From contig JAPETS010000038.1 of assembly GCA_026023565.1 (NCBI GenBank), positions 62,001-126,000 of the forward strand: DNA of 64,000 nucleotides, in the 5' to 3' direction. A program made the position numbers and the translations under genes. The notes beneath the pieces were generated by a model. The model made no database searches. It saw nothing but the letters and a program-made list of their open reading frames with translations, and was not told where the DNA came from. Below, piece after piece: positions 24,059-37,584 of this stretch; the first letter of the stretch is position 1; each line of letters starts with the position of its first letter. This DNA comes from Cirrosporium novae-zelandiae (lineage: Eukaryota).

Positions 24059-24954
24059 TTCCCTCCCTCTCAGCCCCAAACGAGAATCAAGTCTCGGAAG
24101 ATCTCTTCAGGATGCCATGCCTTGTATACTAAGTAGAGACCCAAGAGAAGCCTTGACAACGTACAAGGAACAAGGGTTTGATACCCCCTCTAGTTTCCGT
24201 CGCTTCCTGGAAGTGACGCTGCCAATATAGCAATGGAGGTGAGCAATGATTTTCAACAATATCTTCATCCCACATTCTTCGCCTCTTTCTTTTTTTGTCC
24301 CTTCTACTCCCCCCTCCTTCCTTTACTACCAATCATTATTTAGGTTGTTCCTGCATATCCTAAACCTTCTGCCATATCCTATCTTTAATTCACCCGTTTG
24401 CCTCTATTCTTCACTTCTCTGCAGCCTTATTTTTAAGTCTTGCTTAGTTGGTTTTTCATTCCTATCAGATGGGATGTTACCTCCTTCTTGCTGACCGACT
24501 TCTCTGATACTTGTACTTGGTTCTCTCACTTTTCGTCTTTGTGTCTTGGATTAGAGCTGGGGAATTCCCATTGAGTGGTTCCGGAACTTGTATGGTCGAA
24601 AGAAGCGAAGATCATGTCCCAAGTCTTGTTCACTCACTTGATTGTTGTCACAGTCCAGAGTCCAGGACCCTCCGTGTCTGTCGGCTGATGGTGCCGTGGT
24701 TATGGTATCAACACCACTGTCTAAGATTCAAAATCTGGTCTAAGAGTTTGCGTTGGGACAAAGTCACGATTCTGTCACCATTTGGCGGCGGTCTGGACAT
24801 TCGTTTGCGCAAGATCCAACTGCTTTAAAATCAAAGAGCCATCACACACCTTTCAGTCTATTCCACCACAAATTTATTCTCCACGTTTAATTCTCGACCT
24901 TGTCTCGCATCTCACAATCTACGTGTCATCAAATTTCATCATTTTGTCGCAACC

Positions 24955-26419
24955 ATGGCATTTACTCACCTTGCAAATTCCCGGAGGCGTCGACTCTCCG
25001 ACGAGTCTGATGCCTCGGCCGATCTTGATGGCACTTCATATAGAAGTGAAATAAGATCTGAAGCAGAAATCATGCTCATGCGATTCATGCAGGACCAACG
25101 GCAGCCGGATCTTCCCCAGGATCCTCAATCGGCTTTTCGCCCCAAATACCATACCGGCAAGCTTCCCAATAGCAAGCTAGGTGAAAGTAAACCCCGATTA
25201 TTATTAATGGGCCAAAGAAGGTGCGAGCTCAACGTGTATTGACGTGTTCAAGTTGCATACTAAACCCTGTGACAGGAGTGGCAAATCTTCGATTGCTAGT
25301 GTTGTTTTCCACAAAATGCCCCCTACGGAAACGTTATTTCTCGAATCAACTGCTAGAATACAAAAGGATTCTATGCAGTAAGCCATGAAATTTTAGTTGC
25401 CATCTACAGCTCATGCTGACATGTTTAGCTCCTTTATGGACTTTCAGGTCTGGGATTTCCCTGGTCAACTCAACTACCTCGACCCTGTCTACGATATTGA
25501 CAGTATCTTTGGCGAAATCGGTGCCCTGATTTGGGTTATCGACGCACAAGATGAATACTTTCATGCCATTTCTCGCTGTGTCAGCACCATCATCGACCTC
25601 CAGCAATCATATCCCGCGATTAACATTGAGATATTTGTCCATAAAGTAGACGGCCTATCCGAAGACTATCGCCTTGACACCTTCCATGACATTCAGCAAC
25701 GCATTTCTGACGAACTCATGGATGCAGGGTTTGAGAATGCACCGGTAGCATTCCACGCCACATCTATATACGACCACTCGATATTCGAAGCCTTTAGCAA
25801 AGTCATCCAGAAACTAATACCCCAACTCCCAACACTCGAAAATCTCCTAGACATCCTTGCAGCCAACTGTCGGCTAGAAAAAGCCTACCTCTTTGACGTC
25901 CTCTCTAAAATATATGTAGCATCCGACACCTCACCCAAAGACCAATCCGCCTACGAAATCTGCTCCGACTATATCGACCTCATCATCGATTTCTCAGAAC
26001 TCTACGGCTTCGAAGGCGGGCCCGACGACGAACCTGTATCCCCGGACCTATACGCCTCGGACCCATCCTCCTCTTCCAACAACTCCACTCCTTCTAACAA
26101 AACCAACAACAGTCCCCACGCCCCAACCTCCCACCCCGCCATCGGCGACATCGAAAAGGACTACTCGGGCATCCAAATCTCCGACGCCGAAAGCTTTGTC
26201 CGCCTCCAAAACGACGAGTTCCTATATCTGCGAGAAATAAATAAATATCTAGCTTTGATGTGCATAATAAGAGAGAAGAGAACCCCAGAGAAGAAAGGGT
26301 TGATTGATTATAACGTGGGCATTTTTCAGAAGGCGCTGAATGAGGTATTTGCTAGAGGCTGGCTGCACGGGAGTGAGAGGAGTAGTATTAATGGGGGAGA
26401 GGGGTCAGGTCAGGGTTGA
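24955..26419 (+). CDS. GTR2: Rag-family GTPase Gtr2 (RagC/D)
   Basis: [50 protein letters not shown] and [21 protein letters not shown]. Introns at ~25221-25275 and 25378-25428. Confidence 0.96.
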
Positions 26420-26739
26420 AGGATGAAGGGTTGAAAGAGGGGTCGGGGGGAGGCAAAGCCATTTCGAAGAAAAAGAAAGAAAGGAAAGAGGTGGATGATG
26501 TATATTCATTCATATTCATCCATACCCACAATTTCGTCATTGTTCTTGTCATTGTTATTGTTATTTGTCCCTTGAAAGTTGGAACTCTTGGATAAATTTC
26601 TTTTAATTTATATTCAAACCAATATCAAATCCACAATCCCAATCCCAATTGATGGAGAGTCGGTCGGTTATATTTTTAAATATACTTGGAGAAGATGAAA
26701 ACAAAGCAGATGAAAAAGAAGGAGACGAAATGATATCTA

Positions 26740-27360
26740 TTTATATGTGTATGTGTATGTGTGTGTGTGTGTGTGTTTCCATTTTCTTTTCCTTTTTCTT
26801 TTCTTTTCCTTTTTAGATATTTCATGAAAAGAATGAAAACATGGAAAGATGGGAAAATTGTCTAGAAAGTCTCTCTAGATGTATGTATGTATATAATAAA
26901 TGTTCCAAGCCAAAGCCTGTTGTTGTTGTTGTTGTTGTTGTTGTTAGTACTATATTATTATAGTCTGGTATGGTATGGTATGTGGTATGTGGTATGTGGT
27001 ATGGTAATTCTCCACAAAACACGCATATACATAACTTACATCCACACATCCCCTTCTTCTTCTTCTTCAAAAAAAAAGCCAAGATTTTTGTTTTATTTTG
27101 TTTTTTTTAGGGGTTTCAGATCTACCTGTCTGTCTGCCTAGATAACTTGCTTGCTTGTCTGTCTGTCTGTCTGTTGTGATTGATATATGCAACCCTAGCC
27201 AAAGCCAAACCAGACCAAGCCAAGCCAAGCTATCCAGAACCCTCACCTCACCTCGACAAGAAAAGAAAAGAACAGAAGAGAACAAAAAAAACCCCAACCT
27301 CCATAAAACCAAATTAAACCAACTAACACTTTGAACCAAACTCAAACCCAAACCCAAAAC
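26740..27360. repeat. Microsatellite-dense spacer: (TG)n, (TTG)n, (TGGTATG)n, (TGTC)n, (AAGCC)n
   Basis: Several simple repeats between the convergent GTR2 and cytochrome b5-like genes. Confidence 0.85.
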
Positions 27361-27366
27361 TCAACC

Positions 27367-28480
27367 TCAAGCTCCCACACCAGCCGGACGTCCCCCCCTC
27401 CCCTCTTCTTTCTTTACCTCCCCCCTCTTCTTTCTCCCCTTCTGTGCATTCTCGCACAACTCCCGAACCTCCCCCCATTCCCCCTCATCCGCATCCACAA
27501 CCCTGCCCACCTCAAAATAAACCCCCCCCTTCCCATTCCGAAAGAACTTCTCCCACCCGCCCACACTCTTCTTCACCATCTCCCTCGCAACCCTCCTCTC
27601 CTTCTCCCTCCTCAATTTCCTCTCCCTGCTACTAATTTGCTCTTCTTCGTCGGGGTCGTCGAGGGGCATGAACATTTCCTCGACGCCGCGGATGTCGGGC
27701 GTGAGGTCGGTGGAGAAACAGCCGGTTACGTAGGCGCGGGTGGCGTCGCGGCCGGCGAAGAAGTGGTAGGAGCCTGTGGGGCCGTAGGTGTGGGGGGAGG
27801 CGGAGACGTCGTAGATTGTGCTATTGATAGCAAGGTAGATTGGGAGGGTGGGGTCGGTGCCGTTGTAGAGGGATAGTTGGGTTGGGGTTAGGAGGATGGG
27901 TCCGGTCTGTTTGGGGGGGGGGGGGGGGGGGGGTTAGTTTTGGTTTTTGTTTGAGTTGGGAGGGTGGGGTGGGGTGGGGATTTATAATATATAGAAAGAG
28001 ATATATATAGATATGTATGTATGTATATATATAGAGAGAGAGAGAAAGATGTGTGATGCTATGCTATGCTATAACTATACTCACAATCCAATGCCTTAAC
28101 CTCGCCGGTCTACTCCACCAAGGCCGATAATTAAAACTAATCGAATCCCCCGTGATGAAATACGACGCCAACGCCGTCACAAGCAGGATCCCGAAAACAC
28201 CGCGCATGACATCCAGAACGATTGAGAGGGCATTTTTGCCGGGTTTTTTTGTTGTTGGTGGCGGAGTTGGTGTTGGTTGTGATTTTGGCGGCGGTGGATG
28301 TGGCGATGGTGGTTTTTTGGGTGGTGGAGAAGGGGATGGAGGCCTTTGAGGAATGCGTTGGAGGGGGCGGGATTTGCGATGGCGGGCTTGGGGTGAGGAG
28401 GATTGTGGTTCGGGTTGAGATTGGGGTTGGGTGGACTCCTCGTCGGAGGATGATTCGGATGAAGATGAGGAGGATAGCAT
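27367..28480 (-). CDS. Membrane-anchored cytochrome b5-like heme/steroid-binding (MAPR-family) protein
   Basis: Exon 1 (28480-28085) has a Pro-rich region and a TM helix. Exon 2 (27906-27367) reads LTPTQLSLYNGTDPTLPIYLAINSTIYDVS....YGPTGSYHFFAGRDATRAYVTGCF. Confidence 0.9.
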
Positions 28481-29541
28481 GTTTTGTGATGTTTGTGTTT
28501 GTATATATATATTTCTTTTTGTAGTGGTGGTGGTGGTGGTGGTGATGTTAGCAATATAGTTATCAAGCTATCGTTATTATTGTTAGGTTAATTTGTAGAT
28601 GAGGAAATGGAGAAATGAATGAACAAGATAAGAATTAGGATCGAGGAAACGGATTGAATTAAGCTATATGCTTTTTGTTGCGCTGTTCTTTGGATTCTTT
28701 TTTGGCTCTTTTGGTAAGGTAATGGTGTGTAATGTAATTCAGAGACCGTTATTGGAGTAAAGCTTACTTTCTACACACGCTTTACTCAACTGGGGTTTTC
28801 CGTCTGAGAGAGATTATCTACCCAGGTAGTGAATTGATTTGATGGACAAAGCTATTGAGTAACCTAGTCGGATCGGATCTGAGATGGATATTCTTAGAAT
28901 ATCATGACACCGTGGTCCTTGAAGCCCTTCGAGCAACATTCTATCGGTTTACTCAGTAGTTTTGTCTTAAGAGGTAACTACCGAGAGCAGGTTATTTGGT
29001 GAGCGAGGGGTCTTAGATGGAATAATATCACGAGGTTGATCTCCTGATTGTTGAGTGTAGTACTTAGTAGATGCATGAACGATGCCTTGGGCGGAGGTTG
29101 TACGCATTCCGGCACCCCCGCTGCCACCACCACAACCTTTATGAAACGGAACTACATGCTCACCGTCGGAATATACGAGTACTTGGCTATCCTTTGGGTA
29201 TCGCCTAATTGCAAAGTATAATGTATAAAAGAGACATCCCGAAAGTTGACAATGGATCCATTCATCCATCGCGATGGCCTAGAGGAGTTGCACGCATGCA
29301 ATCAATTGATTTCATTTGATGTCATTTGAATACATTTTCACACGCTCATAAAACCTTTTCAAAAGAAAAGGCCAATGGAGTTATTCTAGGGGGGTCGTTC
29401 ATATTAGAACTGCTTCTTTTCCCATCCTAGATCGTGTGTCATCAAGCCCCCCGTAGCTGTCTTCCTGTTTGTGCCTGCCTTTCTCACTCATCCCCAAACC
29501 ACCACCGTAACCCTATCATTATATTCATATTGACGGGATAT

Positions 29542-30069
29542 CTAATCAGTACCGCCAACCGCGCGAGCTATTTTTCACCATTGTTAGTTTTCGTTTATTG
29601 AAGGTATTTAGTACTCTAAAATAGGAGTCACGTAGGAGATGGAGACCACTCACTGTAAATGCTCAATTTGCTGTGTCCTACAACCTTCTTGATTTGTCCG
29701 TTGGCCTCGAGGTCATTCAGGGCTTTTCGGGCAAGAGATCCATTAATCTTGAGACGATCGACTAGAACGGCAACGGTGATGAGGCGATAAGATTGTACAT
29801 CTTTGTAGAGTTTGTCGGAAGTGGCTTTGTCGAGGACAACGGCATGGTTGGCCTTGTCCTTAACTGTAAGGAGGAAGAAATATATTAGCATTCTACTATA
29901 GACTTGGAATTGAGGGGGAGATGATGGTCGTCGTACCCTTGCCCTTCGACCACTTCTTCTTCTGTTTCTTGCCGCCGGTAGTTGCTGCGGGTGCCTTTTG
30001 ATGATACCAGTAAGCTGGGGTTCATTCATTTCATACTGAAGATTCTGGGATATAGGTATAACATACCAT
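29542..30069 (-). CDS. RPS25: 40S ribosomal protein S25 (eS25)
   Basis: M|APAATTGGKKQKKKWSKGK|VKDKANHAVVLDK...YRLITVAVLVDRLKINGSLARKAL...IY|TRAVGGTD. Three introns. Confidence 0.97.
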
Positions 30070-30180
30070 GATTGATGGAGTTCTGTGTCGTCGAAAGAGG
30101 AACGTCGGCGATTCTTGAACTTGAAAATAATTTGGGGTGGGTTTGGAGTGGGGTCACGGGAATTACGCTTTGACCAGGCT

Positions 30181-30198
30181 TTAGGGTTGGTGCCCTAA
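30181..30198. promoter_or_regulatory. Tbf1-type palindrome TTAGGG-N6-CCCTAA upstream of RPS25
   Basis: TTAGGGTTGGTGCCCTAA lies ~110 bp upstream of the RPS25 ATG and matches the ribosomal-protein promoter element known from Candida albicans and other fungi. Confidence 0.75.
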
Positions 30199-30507
30199 TA
30201 TATTGGCCCTATTGCCATAACGTCATGGGTTCTTACTGTGCAGTCTACAATTAATTAATTAATTAGGCAAGAGGATGAATATATTAAAAACATAGCGAAG
30301 CTGAATAGTTGCTTGAATTAAAACTCTCGAAATATAGCACCTCAGCTATACCCCAGCAAAGCACTAGAAACAAAGGACGTATTTCATGATATTTTTTTAA
30401 CCCTGAGTACTTGTATGTCCATCCATCGAGGGAATATGACATAAACAGTTATACTATGTAATATTGGTAATACAATATTTTTCCCGTTATCCACTATATA
30501 TAAGACT

Positions 30508-32428
30508 CTAGAGGTAATCCACAAGTTCCTTTACCCTCTCATATAGACCCATAGCAGCCGCATAACCCTGCGTCCGTAAAACGTGTCTAATCACCCAGCC
30601 AACCTGTGCCCTACTAGGTTTAAGTCCCTTCTCGAGATATCTTGTAATTCCGGTATACACCAATGCAGCAGTTAATTCCGATTTCACGGGGAGCCTTTCT
30701 CGGCGTAAGAGCAATAGACATCGGTGCACCTTACGGAATGCACGTCGTGGAGAGAGAGAAGGTGATGTCGAGGCGGAGAGCGCAATGTGATGTAAAAGTG
30801 GGCCTCTTGTTCGTGCGAGGCGGAAAATACGAGACGATTCCTCTGGATTTCCCAAGTTTAGTGGGGGAGGGTAAGAGTATTTGTTCTCTTTTGGGTGACT
30901 TTTTCGAAGCCTTTTCTGCATGGCTTTGTTAACCCGGGCCTGAGGCGGGCAATCCTTTTGTGAACAAGACTCCAAATGGTAAATGGAACGAATAGTTCGG
31001 ACGACCGACATTCCTTCGGGGTTTAGTAGCTGGAATAGTTGCTCATCATATTTAGAGCGATGCGTATAGATCATATAATCTACCAAATGCCGGAGACCCT
31101 TCTTATCATACAGCACTCGATTCCACGCGCCCAAATAGCTTGCAGGAAGCGTCCCCCGCTCTGTTCTCCATTTAATGACTGAGGTTGTTAAAGGAATCAC
31201 TCTCATCGCCATATCGAGAGGGATATTCTTGAGAAATTTGATGATATACCTTGTACATATATCACAATGAGCACCTGGACGGTGCCAAAGATGGTAGCAA
31301 CTTTGTAGCCATCGAATGAAGTGATTCGGCAACTGCTCGACTAAGCGAATTTTTTGGGCTATAGGGCACGTCCATACGAGTGACATAGATAACTTATAGA
31401 CGAGATCAGGATGGGGAATTTCGGTAATTTGGTGTAGCCAAACACGAACGGTCTCATTTTGAAGTGGCTTGTTCTTACTTGCGAGGTTGCTTAAAGAGTT
31501 AGCACTGGCGAGCATCTGCATATGCCAACCTGCGATGAGCTGGGGGTTGATCAAAGCAGACTTAAATATCCTGCGATTAAATATCTTAAGTTTTGACCAA
31601 AGCCTCAGAATCTGCCTTATCTCGCCCTCAAGTAGCCGACCATGAGAAAATTCAGCGGCAATGTACGCCTGAAAGGCACGTAACTGGCGAGTAGAGAGAC
31701 TGGAATCACGATCAATTAGGTAAAGCAAAAAGCTAGAGCAGTTGAGGGATCGTGGATCATTCAGAGAAGGGGTTTTCAAGAAGGAGAGGAGGATTGAAAA
31801 GTTGGCGTTAATTTCCAGCAGATGGTGAAAAGCTGTCCAGCTGTATAAACGTCTTTGATTGTCATCACACGTGAGTCGCTTGAAAAGCGTTCGGATACCT
31901 TCATAAGTGCTGGTTGTAGATAGGATAATTTGGAATTGTATAAAAGGATCAAGCTCATCGAGCTGTGGTTCCTGGATAGGAGGTAGCTCTTCCTTGGGCT
32001 TGGATATTTGGATGAGAGGTTGTAGGAGTTTTTGAAGGAAGTTTGTATCTTTATCGTTTAGCTCAGAGCTCGGCAGCGGGGATATCCTCAGTACCTTTAT
32101 CTTCTGGCTCTTTTACGGGGGCAGATATAGAGGGTGCACTCCACCGTAAATCCTTGGATTGCATTGGCCTGCCCATGCCCAGGACTACTCTTATATCCAT
32201 CGGCGGGTTTCTGTAGGTTGATGCAATGTCCATATGGTGTCTCTTCGCCTGCCTCCGCCTTGCCTCCAAGGGCCCTGGAACTGAGCTTCCATATCTACGT
32301 CCTCCAACCTTGGTCGCAAATCGGGTCCATGCATTGTTGAGGAGGTCATTGCTAATCCATATATGCTCCAGTGGTTGGGATAAGTTTGGCTGTGCTGCGC
32401 ACCAGCAAGTACGCGAGCCCAAGGACAT
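30508..32428 (-). CDS. Fungal hypothetical protein, possibly mitochondrial
   Basis: Exon 1 (HIWISNDLL..AW.RF...RRYGSSVPGPLEARRR) splices across an intron at ~32050-32094 into a frame continuous with the 423-aa ORF. Basic, predicted helical. Confidence 0.75.
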
Positions 32429-32843
32429 GCAAATTGACTGATATTGATAATGAGTTCATCGAAAGTCAATTGACAATAATATCGCTATTGATAGATTTTA
32501 ACTATCACCATAAACCAGAGTAATTGGAGTTGACAGCTTCGCGAGCTTGCGGTTACCGAGATGTTCGTTTTACCTTATTAAGATTTGTGCGGCATTTCGG
32601 TCACGATGATTGGATGAAATTTACCTTATGCCATCATAGCATAATTCCATCTTCATAAGCTTCATAACGCCAATCGCGTTTCTTCCTTGATGAAGAACAA
32701 GTGCAAAAGTCTCTAGCATTTTCCTAATTCCAATTTAGTGAAATTTGTTGATATATTGCCGAGAACTGGCGGAGGACTCTACGCGACTATTTACATACCA
32801 AAATTCCAACTAACATTCTTGTATAACCAAAGCCATTATCATC

Positions 32844-34450
32844 ATGGCCGCGGTCCAGAGCTCCACAGTTGCGCCAAACACTGCCGAGTATGCTGGAGGT
32901 GAGTTCCTTGAAAGCAGTCATAATTTCTGGTTTTTACTGACCACCTGCGATTGTTATAGATGAGATTCAAGCTCTAGTCTTGGACCCAGGATACTCAAGT
33001 GTACGCGCAGGCTTCGCAGGAGAGGACTGTCCCAAATCCGTCGTACCATCATACTATGGCTCGCTCCCATCTGGGTCAGACTCAAAGCTACTTTTCGGCG
33101 ATAACACCATTCATACTACCCTACCGGGTCTAGAAATCAAGAACCCCATGTCCAGAGACACATGGGTGGAAGATTGGGACACAGCTACGAAGCTCTGGGA
33201 ATATGCTATAACATCACGTCTAACGAATATAAAGCCAGGAAATCCTATGGAAAATGGGTTAAACGATCCCGTTCAAAATGGAGATGGAGATGTGGATATG
33301 GAGGCTGTGGATGAAGAAGAGAAGTGTTTGGAGGAAAACCCTCTGTTAATGACTGAGCCCTCGTGGAATACGGGAAAGCAAAGAGAGAAAGCTATCGAGA
33401 TTTCCATGGAGCAATGGGGATGTCCTGCCTTTTGGCTCGCACGAGACGGTGTTCTGGCGGCGTGAGTGAGAATATCCCCGTACAGAATCCCCTCCTCAAG
33501 TATATTGACCGAATTTCAGATTCGCTGGAGGAAGATCTACTGCTCTTGTCGTTGACATTGGCGCCTCAGGCATGACAATCACCCCGGTCCATGATGGTAT
33601 GGTCATGAAGAAGGGCGTCCAACGTTCTCCTCTTGGAGGTGACTGGGTTTCCAACCAATGCCGCCTACTATTTTCTACCGCCTCGCCCCCTGTTACAATC
33701 ACCCCCCACTATCTCCTAACCTCAAAGGCTCCTGTTGATGCCGGAACACGACCACAGGCCGTCTACAAGACCTTCGCACCGGGATCGGAACCCCACGACT
33801 CCTTCCGCAAACTACAGGAGGAACGTGTAGTTCGTGACTTCAAAGAAACTATTGTGCATGTCTGGCAAGGTCCCGGAAGTCTAAGTAGTCCCCAAAACGA
33901 GGACATAGCCAGAGGGTATCCAGGAAAACCATTCGAGATGCCCGACGGTTACAACCAGATCTACAACCTCGAGCGTTTCAAGACCGTCGAGGGAATGTTC
34001 GATCTCAAAGCCGCATACACGGTAAGAACTCGCTCTAAACATATATATATATACACGATACCCCTCCCTCCCTAATCACGCACTAACCCCCACCTCCAGG
34101 ATTCCCAAAACCCCCCTCCACAAAAAGAGCACCTCTTCACCTCCATAATCTCCGCCTCCCTCTCCAACGTCGACACCGACCTCCGCCCATCCCTCCTCAA
34201 CAACATCGTCCTCTGCGGCGCCGGAAGCCAGCTCAACGGCCTGCCCGAGCGCATCAACCAAGAAGTCACAGGCCTGTACCCGAATCCCCGCGTGCGGATC
34301 CACGCGCCCGGAAACATGTATGAGAGGAGGTTCGCCAGCTGGATCGGGGGAAGCATCTTGAGCTCCTTGGGCACGTTTCACCAGATGTGGATTTCTAGAA
34401 AGGAGTATGAGGAGAATGGGGCTGGGGTTGTGGAGAAGAGGTGTAAATGA
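32844..34450 (+). CDS. ARP4: Nuclear actin-related protein Arp4 (NuA4/SWR1/INO80)
   Basis: [56 protein letters not shown] and [39 protein letters not shown]. Confidence 0.93.
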
Positions 34451-35269
34451 TTAGATTCAGAAATAAGTGTATGTGCGGGGGGGTGTGGGTTCCTGATAGA
34501 TAGCCTTCCTCTAAAAGCCATTTAAGTAAAACGCAAAAAGACAAGTAATATAGGCGCTCGTGAGGAGAAGAAAGCTACAAGATACCAAAACTTGGGGCGT
34601 GGGCGTGGGCGTAAGTATATCATCTAATGGTTATGAGAATCTTTTATGGATACAGATACAGCAAGCTTTTGAAAATTACAGGTCACCAGTAATTGGTATA
34701 ATGCTAAGTTAAGCCACGCTCTAGTTCTATGAGAGAGAGATTGTTTTTGTTCACATTTCTATTCAAAAAGTGAATTTTCTTTCTTTCTGTCAAAAAGGGT
34801 ATTTCTCGATCCCATCTTACACATACACATACACACACTAATTATAATAATAAAAAAAAAAAAAAAACTAAGAAATTTCGGAAGGAATGTTTTGCTTTGT
34901 ATGATGTGAAAAAAAAAAAAAACGGGTATTGTGGTTTTGATTATGAAAGCAAAGGGAATATAAAAAGGAAAAAGGATTGTTTGTAGGTGCCTTTTGGTAA
35001 GGTGTGTTTTGTATAATATATATAAAAAAAAAGTGTGAAGAACTTATAACACAGAGATAGAAAGATAGGAACCCCAAGTCACAATCATACATCCGTAGAT
35101 GTCTTCATCATATCGTCGCATCAAAAACAAAAAAAGAGATCGAAAGCCGAATATTAGACACCATACGGTAAAAAAAAATTATCCAATTCCAAGTATGACC
35201 AGACCGCCCTGAAGACCTTTGCACCGTTTTCCTGGTTGCCTGGCCTTGATGTATTGATGTTGGTAGGCT

Positions 35270-37584
35270 TCATCGTTTGACCCACCGTCCATCCGTCCCC
35301 ATGGCCCACTCACCATCACTTCCTAGTGCGACTATGTTGTCATTTTTCTTATTGCCATATGATTCGCTGTTTCCCCCATTGTTATGGCCCAGGGTCAAAA
35401 ATCTCCTGAGACGAGTCTTCTTCCAACTCCCGTCCTTCCCACTAATGCTTGAACTATGAGTTGGCATAGGCGGTATTGCTTTGTTGACGGCAAAGGTTCT
35501 CGTCGTTGCCGTGCTCTTTGCTGTCCCGGGAGGTCTAGGAATTGTATTGATCATCATGCTTGGGGGAGGTGGTGTAGCCAGAAATTCGATGAGATCGGCT
35601 GTGGCGCGGCGGTCCGGAGTGCTGCATGAGCGAGGAATAAGCTTTACGGGCTTCTTAGGTGCGAGGTATGGGACGTCCCCGGGAGAGATGAGACTTGAAG
35701 AACGGGGGCGGGAAGATGTAGGCGAGGGCGGATGTGAGGACAGAGGTTGTGGTGGGAAGGGCTTGAAGTTAGGTGCTTTGGACGTGAGGCGGCCGTTGCT
35801 GTTGGACGCTCGTATTCGCGGAAGGGCAGTTATGGGGGATAGGTGATCGCTATCTGGAGATGGAGAAGTTCGAGGTTGTGGAGGATATAGGGACTCTTGT
35901 TCAGGTTCGGCAGGAATAATGATTCGAGGCTTTGGAGGGGTCGAGGTTACAGATGTCACGGGGGCTGATGCATAGGCAGAATCGGCTCTGTCTCTATCGG
36001 TAGGACTTCGCGAATAGGGTTGGATATTGGTGAATTTGGATGGTGAAATGGGAGAAGGGCTTCGAAGAGACTTTGCTTGTTTTGCAGGTCCAGTACTATC
36101 GCTGTTAGACGTAGATGAATTTGAATAATGCTTTTCGTAATTACGGAGGGGCAGATCACTGCCTTTACGATTCGCAGCTTTGGCTTTGAAGGCATTTCTG
36201 CTATTTCCCGGACCTGGGCTGGTTCTCGGACGCTGCTGGAAAGCTTGTCTGTTATAGTTACGTAGGGATGTTGTTCTCGAACTCGGCTGCTTTTGTTCAT
36301 TCGTATAGTCTTTCATGTCGGAATGAGAATTGGATCGCAGATTAGCATTCGAAACACTCGATCGGCGTATCTGGTCATCACTAGAGGCAGCTCGGGGGCC
36401 ACGAGATGTAGATCTTTCCGATGGCCTTCGAGTTGCCGCAGTTGTATGCGCACGGTGCCGAGTGCTATGGGTTCCCTCGGTTTTCGGCGCTCTTTCATCA
36501 CTTCTATGTTCAGGTTTTATGGACAAGGCCAACTGTGTTGTAGAAATAACCCCGCTCGATTTTTGGGCAAATGCGTTGTGGTTTATGTTTGGCATAGCCT
36601 CCGATGGCTTCGGATCAACAAAATATTTACCTCTCATCGAGCGAGCATCAGCCTATAAGGGGTCGTGAGTAATGGTCATCCAAGAACGGTGGTAATACAG
36701 ACAAGACTCTTCCGCTTCGCACTGCCTGCCCTCTTTTTTATCTCCGCAACCATCCCCTTCAACTGGGCCAACGAGACACCTAGTTTATTTTCCTGGACCT
36801 GGAGTTCTTGGAATGCTCGACGCCAGCCCTCCGTGTTTCCTATCATGGCAATATGCACAGCCTCCATATCCTCCGAACGATCTCTCCAGGAACTCTCCAA
36901 AGAATCCAAATATCTTGCCAGCTCCCCAGTTGCAGAAATGCCCTTTTGTATATCTTTCAGTGTGTCGTTCATGGCAGATGTTGTTCGGTCAATAATATGT
37001 TCAATCTTGTCATTCCCGTCCATGATTGAAGTTCGGAACTTGCGGTCATTCAGCATTGTTTCGAAAACTTGAATATGTTCTAACGGTAGGGTCAGGTAGC
37101 GTATGCGTTCTTGGATATCATCCTGGGCGAGTTGAAAGTCCTCCGTTGTGGTCTCTAGAAAGCCATCTATATCATCCACGTGAGTTTGGAGTATTTTGAT
37201 CACCTCGTCTTCGGATTTGGCGGTGCTTTGAGAAAGAAGATGGACTCCAAATGCGATTTGCGCGACCAACTTCCATAGTGGGTGAAATTTTTCGTTTTTT
37301 TTCTGCTTCCATCGTCCTGCGCAAACACGCTCATAGTTTTCTTTCTCGAGGAGAAGCTTGCGTCTAGCTGGGGCGTCGAGTTGAAGGATTCGTTCTGGGT
37401 CGGAATGGTTTATGGTTTCCAGCATGGATTCCTCGAATGGGCCTTGCATGGTGGATATCGGATGACGAGGTGGATTGTTTATATCGGCCTGAAGTTCTTC
37501 TTCATCAGCATCAGTCTCAGCTGCCTCCCGCATTTTTGCTACAGCAGCCAGCCATTCTATCTCCTCGGGTATTGACATGGACAT
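35270..37584 (-). CDS. Fungal hypothetical protein (helical/coiled-coil N-domain + S/P/R-rich tail)
   Basis: The 302-aa and 455-aa ORFs join in frame across an intron at 36702-36653 (GTCTGT...TAG). Confidence 0.8.

Noticed and set aside
23631..24230. 199-aa ORF with poly-Pro
   Set aside because: Non-ATG start and built from microsatellites plus the C26 tract. Only its ATG-initiated 3' part is kept as a possible uORF.
28782..28862. TPP-riboswitch-like appearance (GGGG..CTGAGA..ACCC..GAATTGAT, TTACTCAA/TTGAGTAA stem)
   Set aside because: No P3 hairpin, no CUGAUC..GRUAAU..GCG core, and not within an intron of a thiamine-related gene. An Rfam RF00059 scan would settle it.
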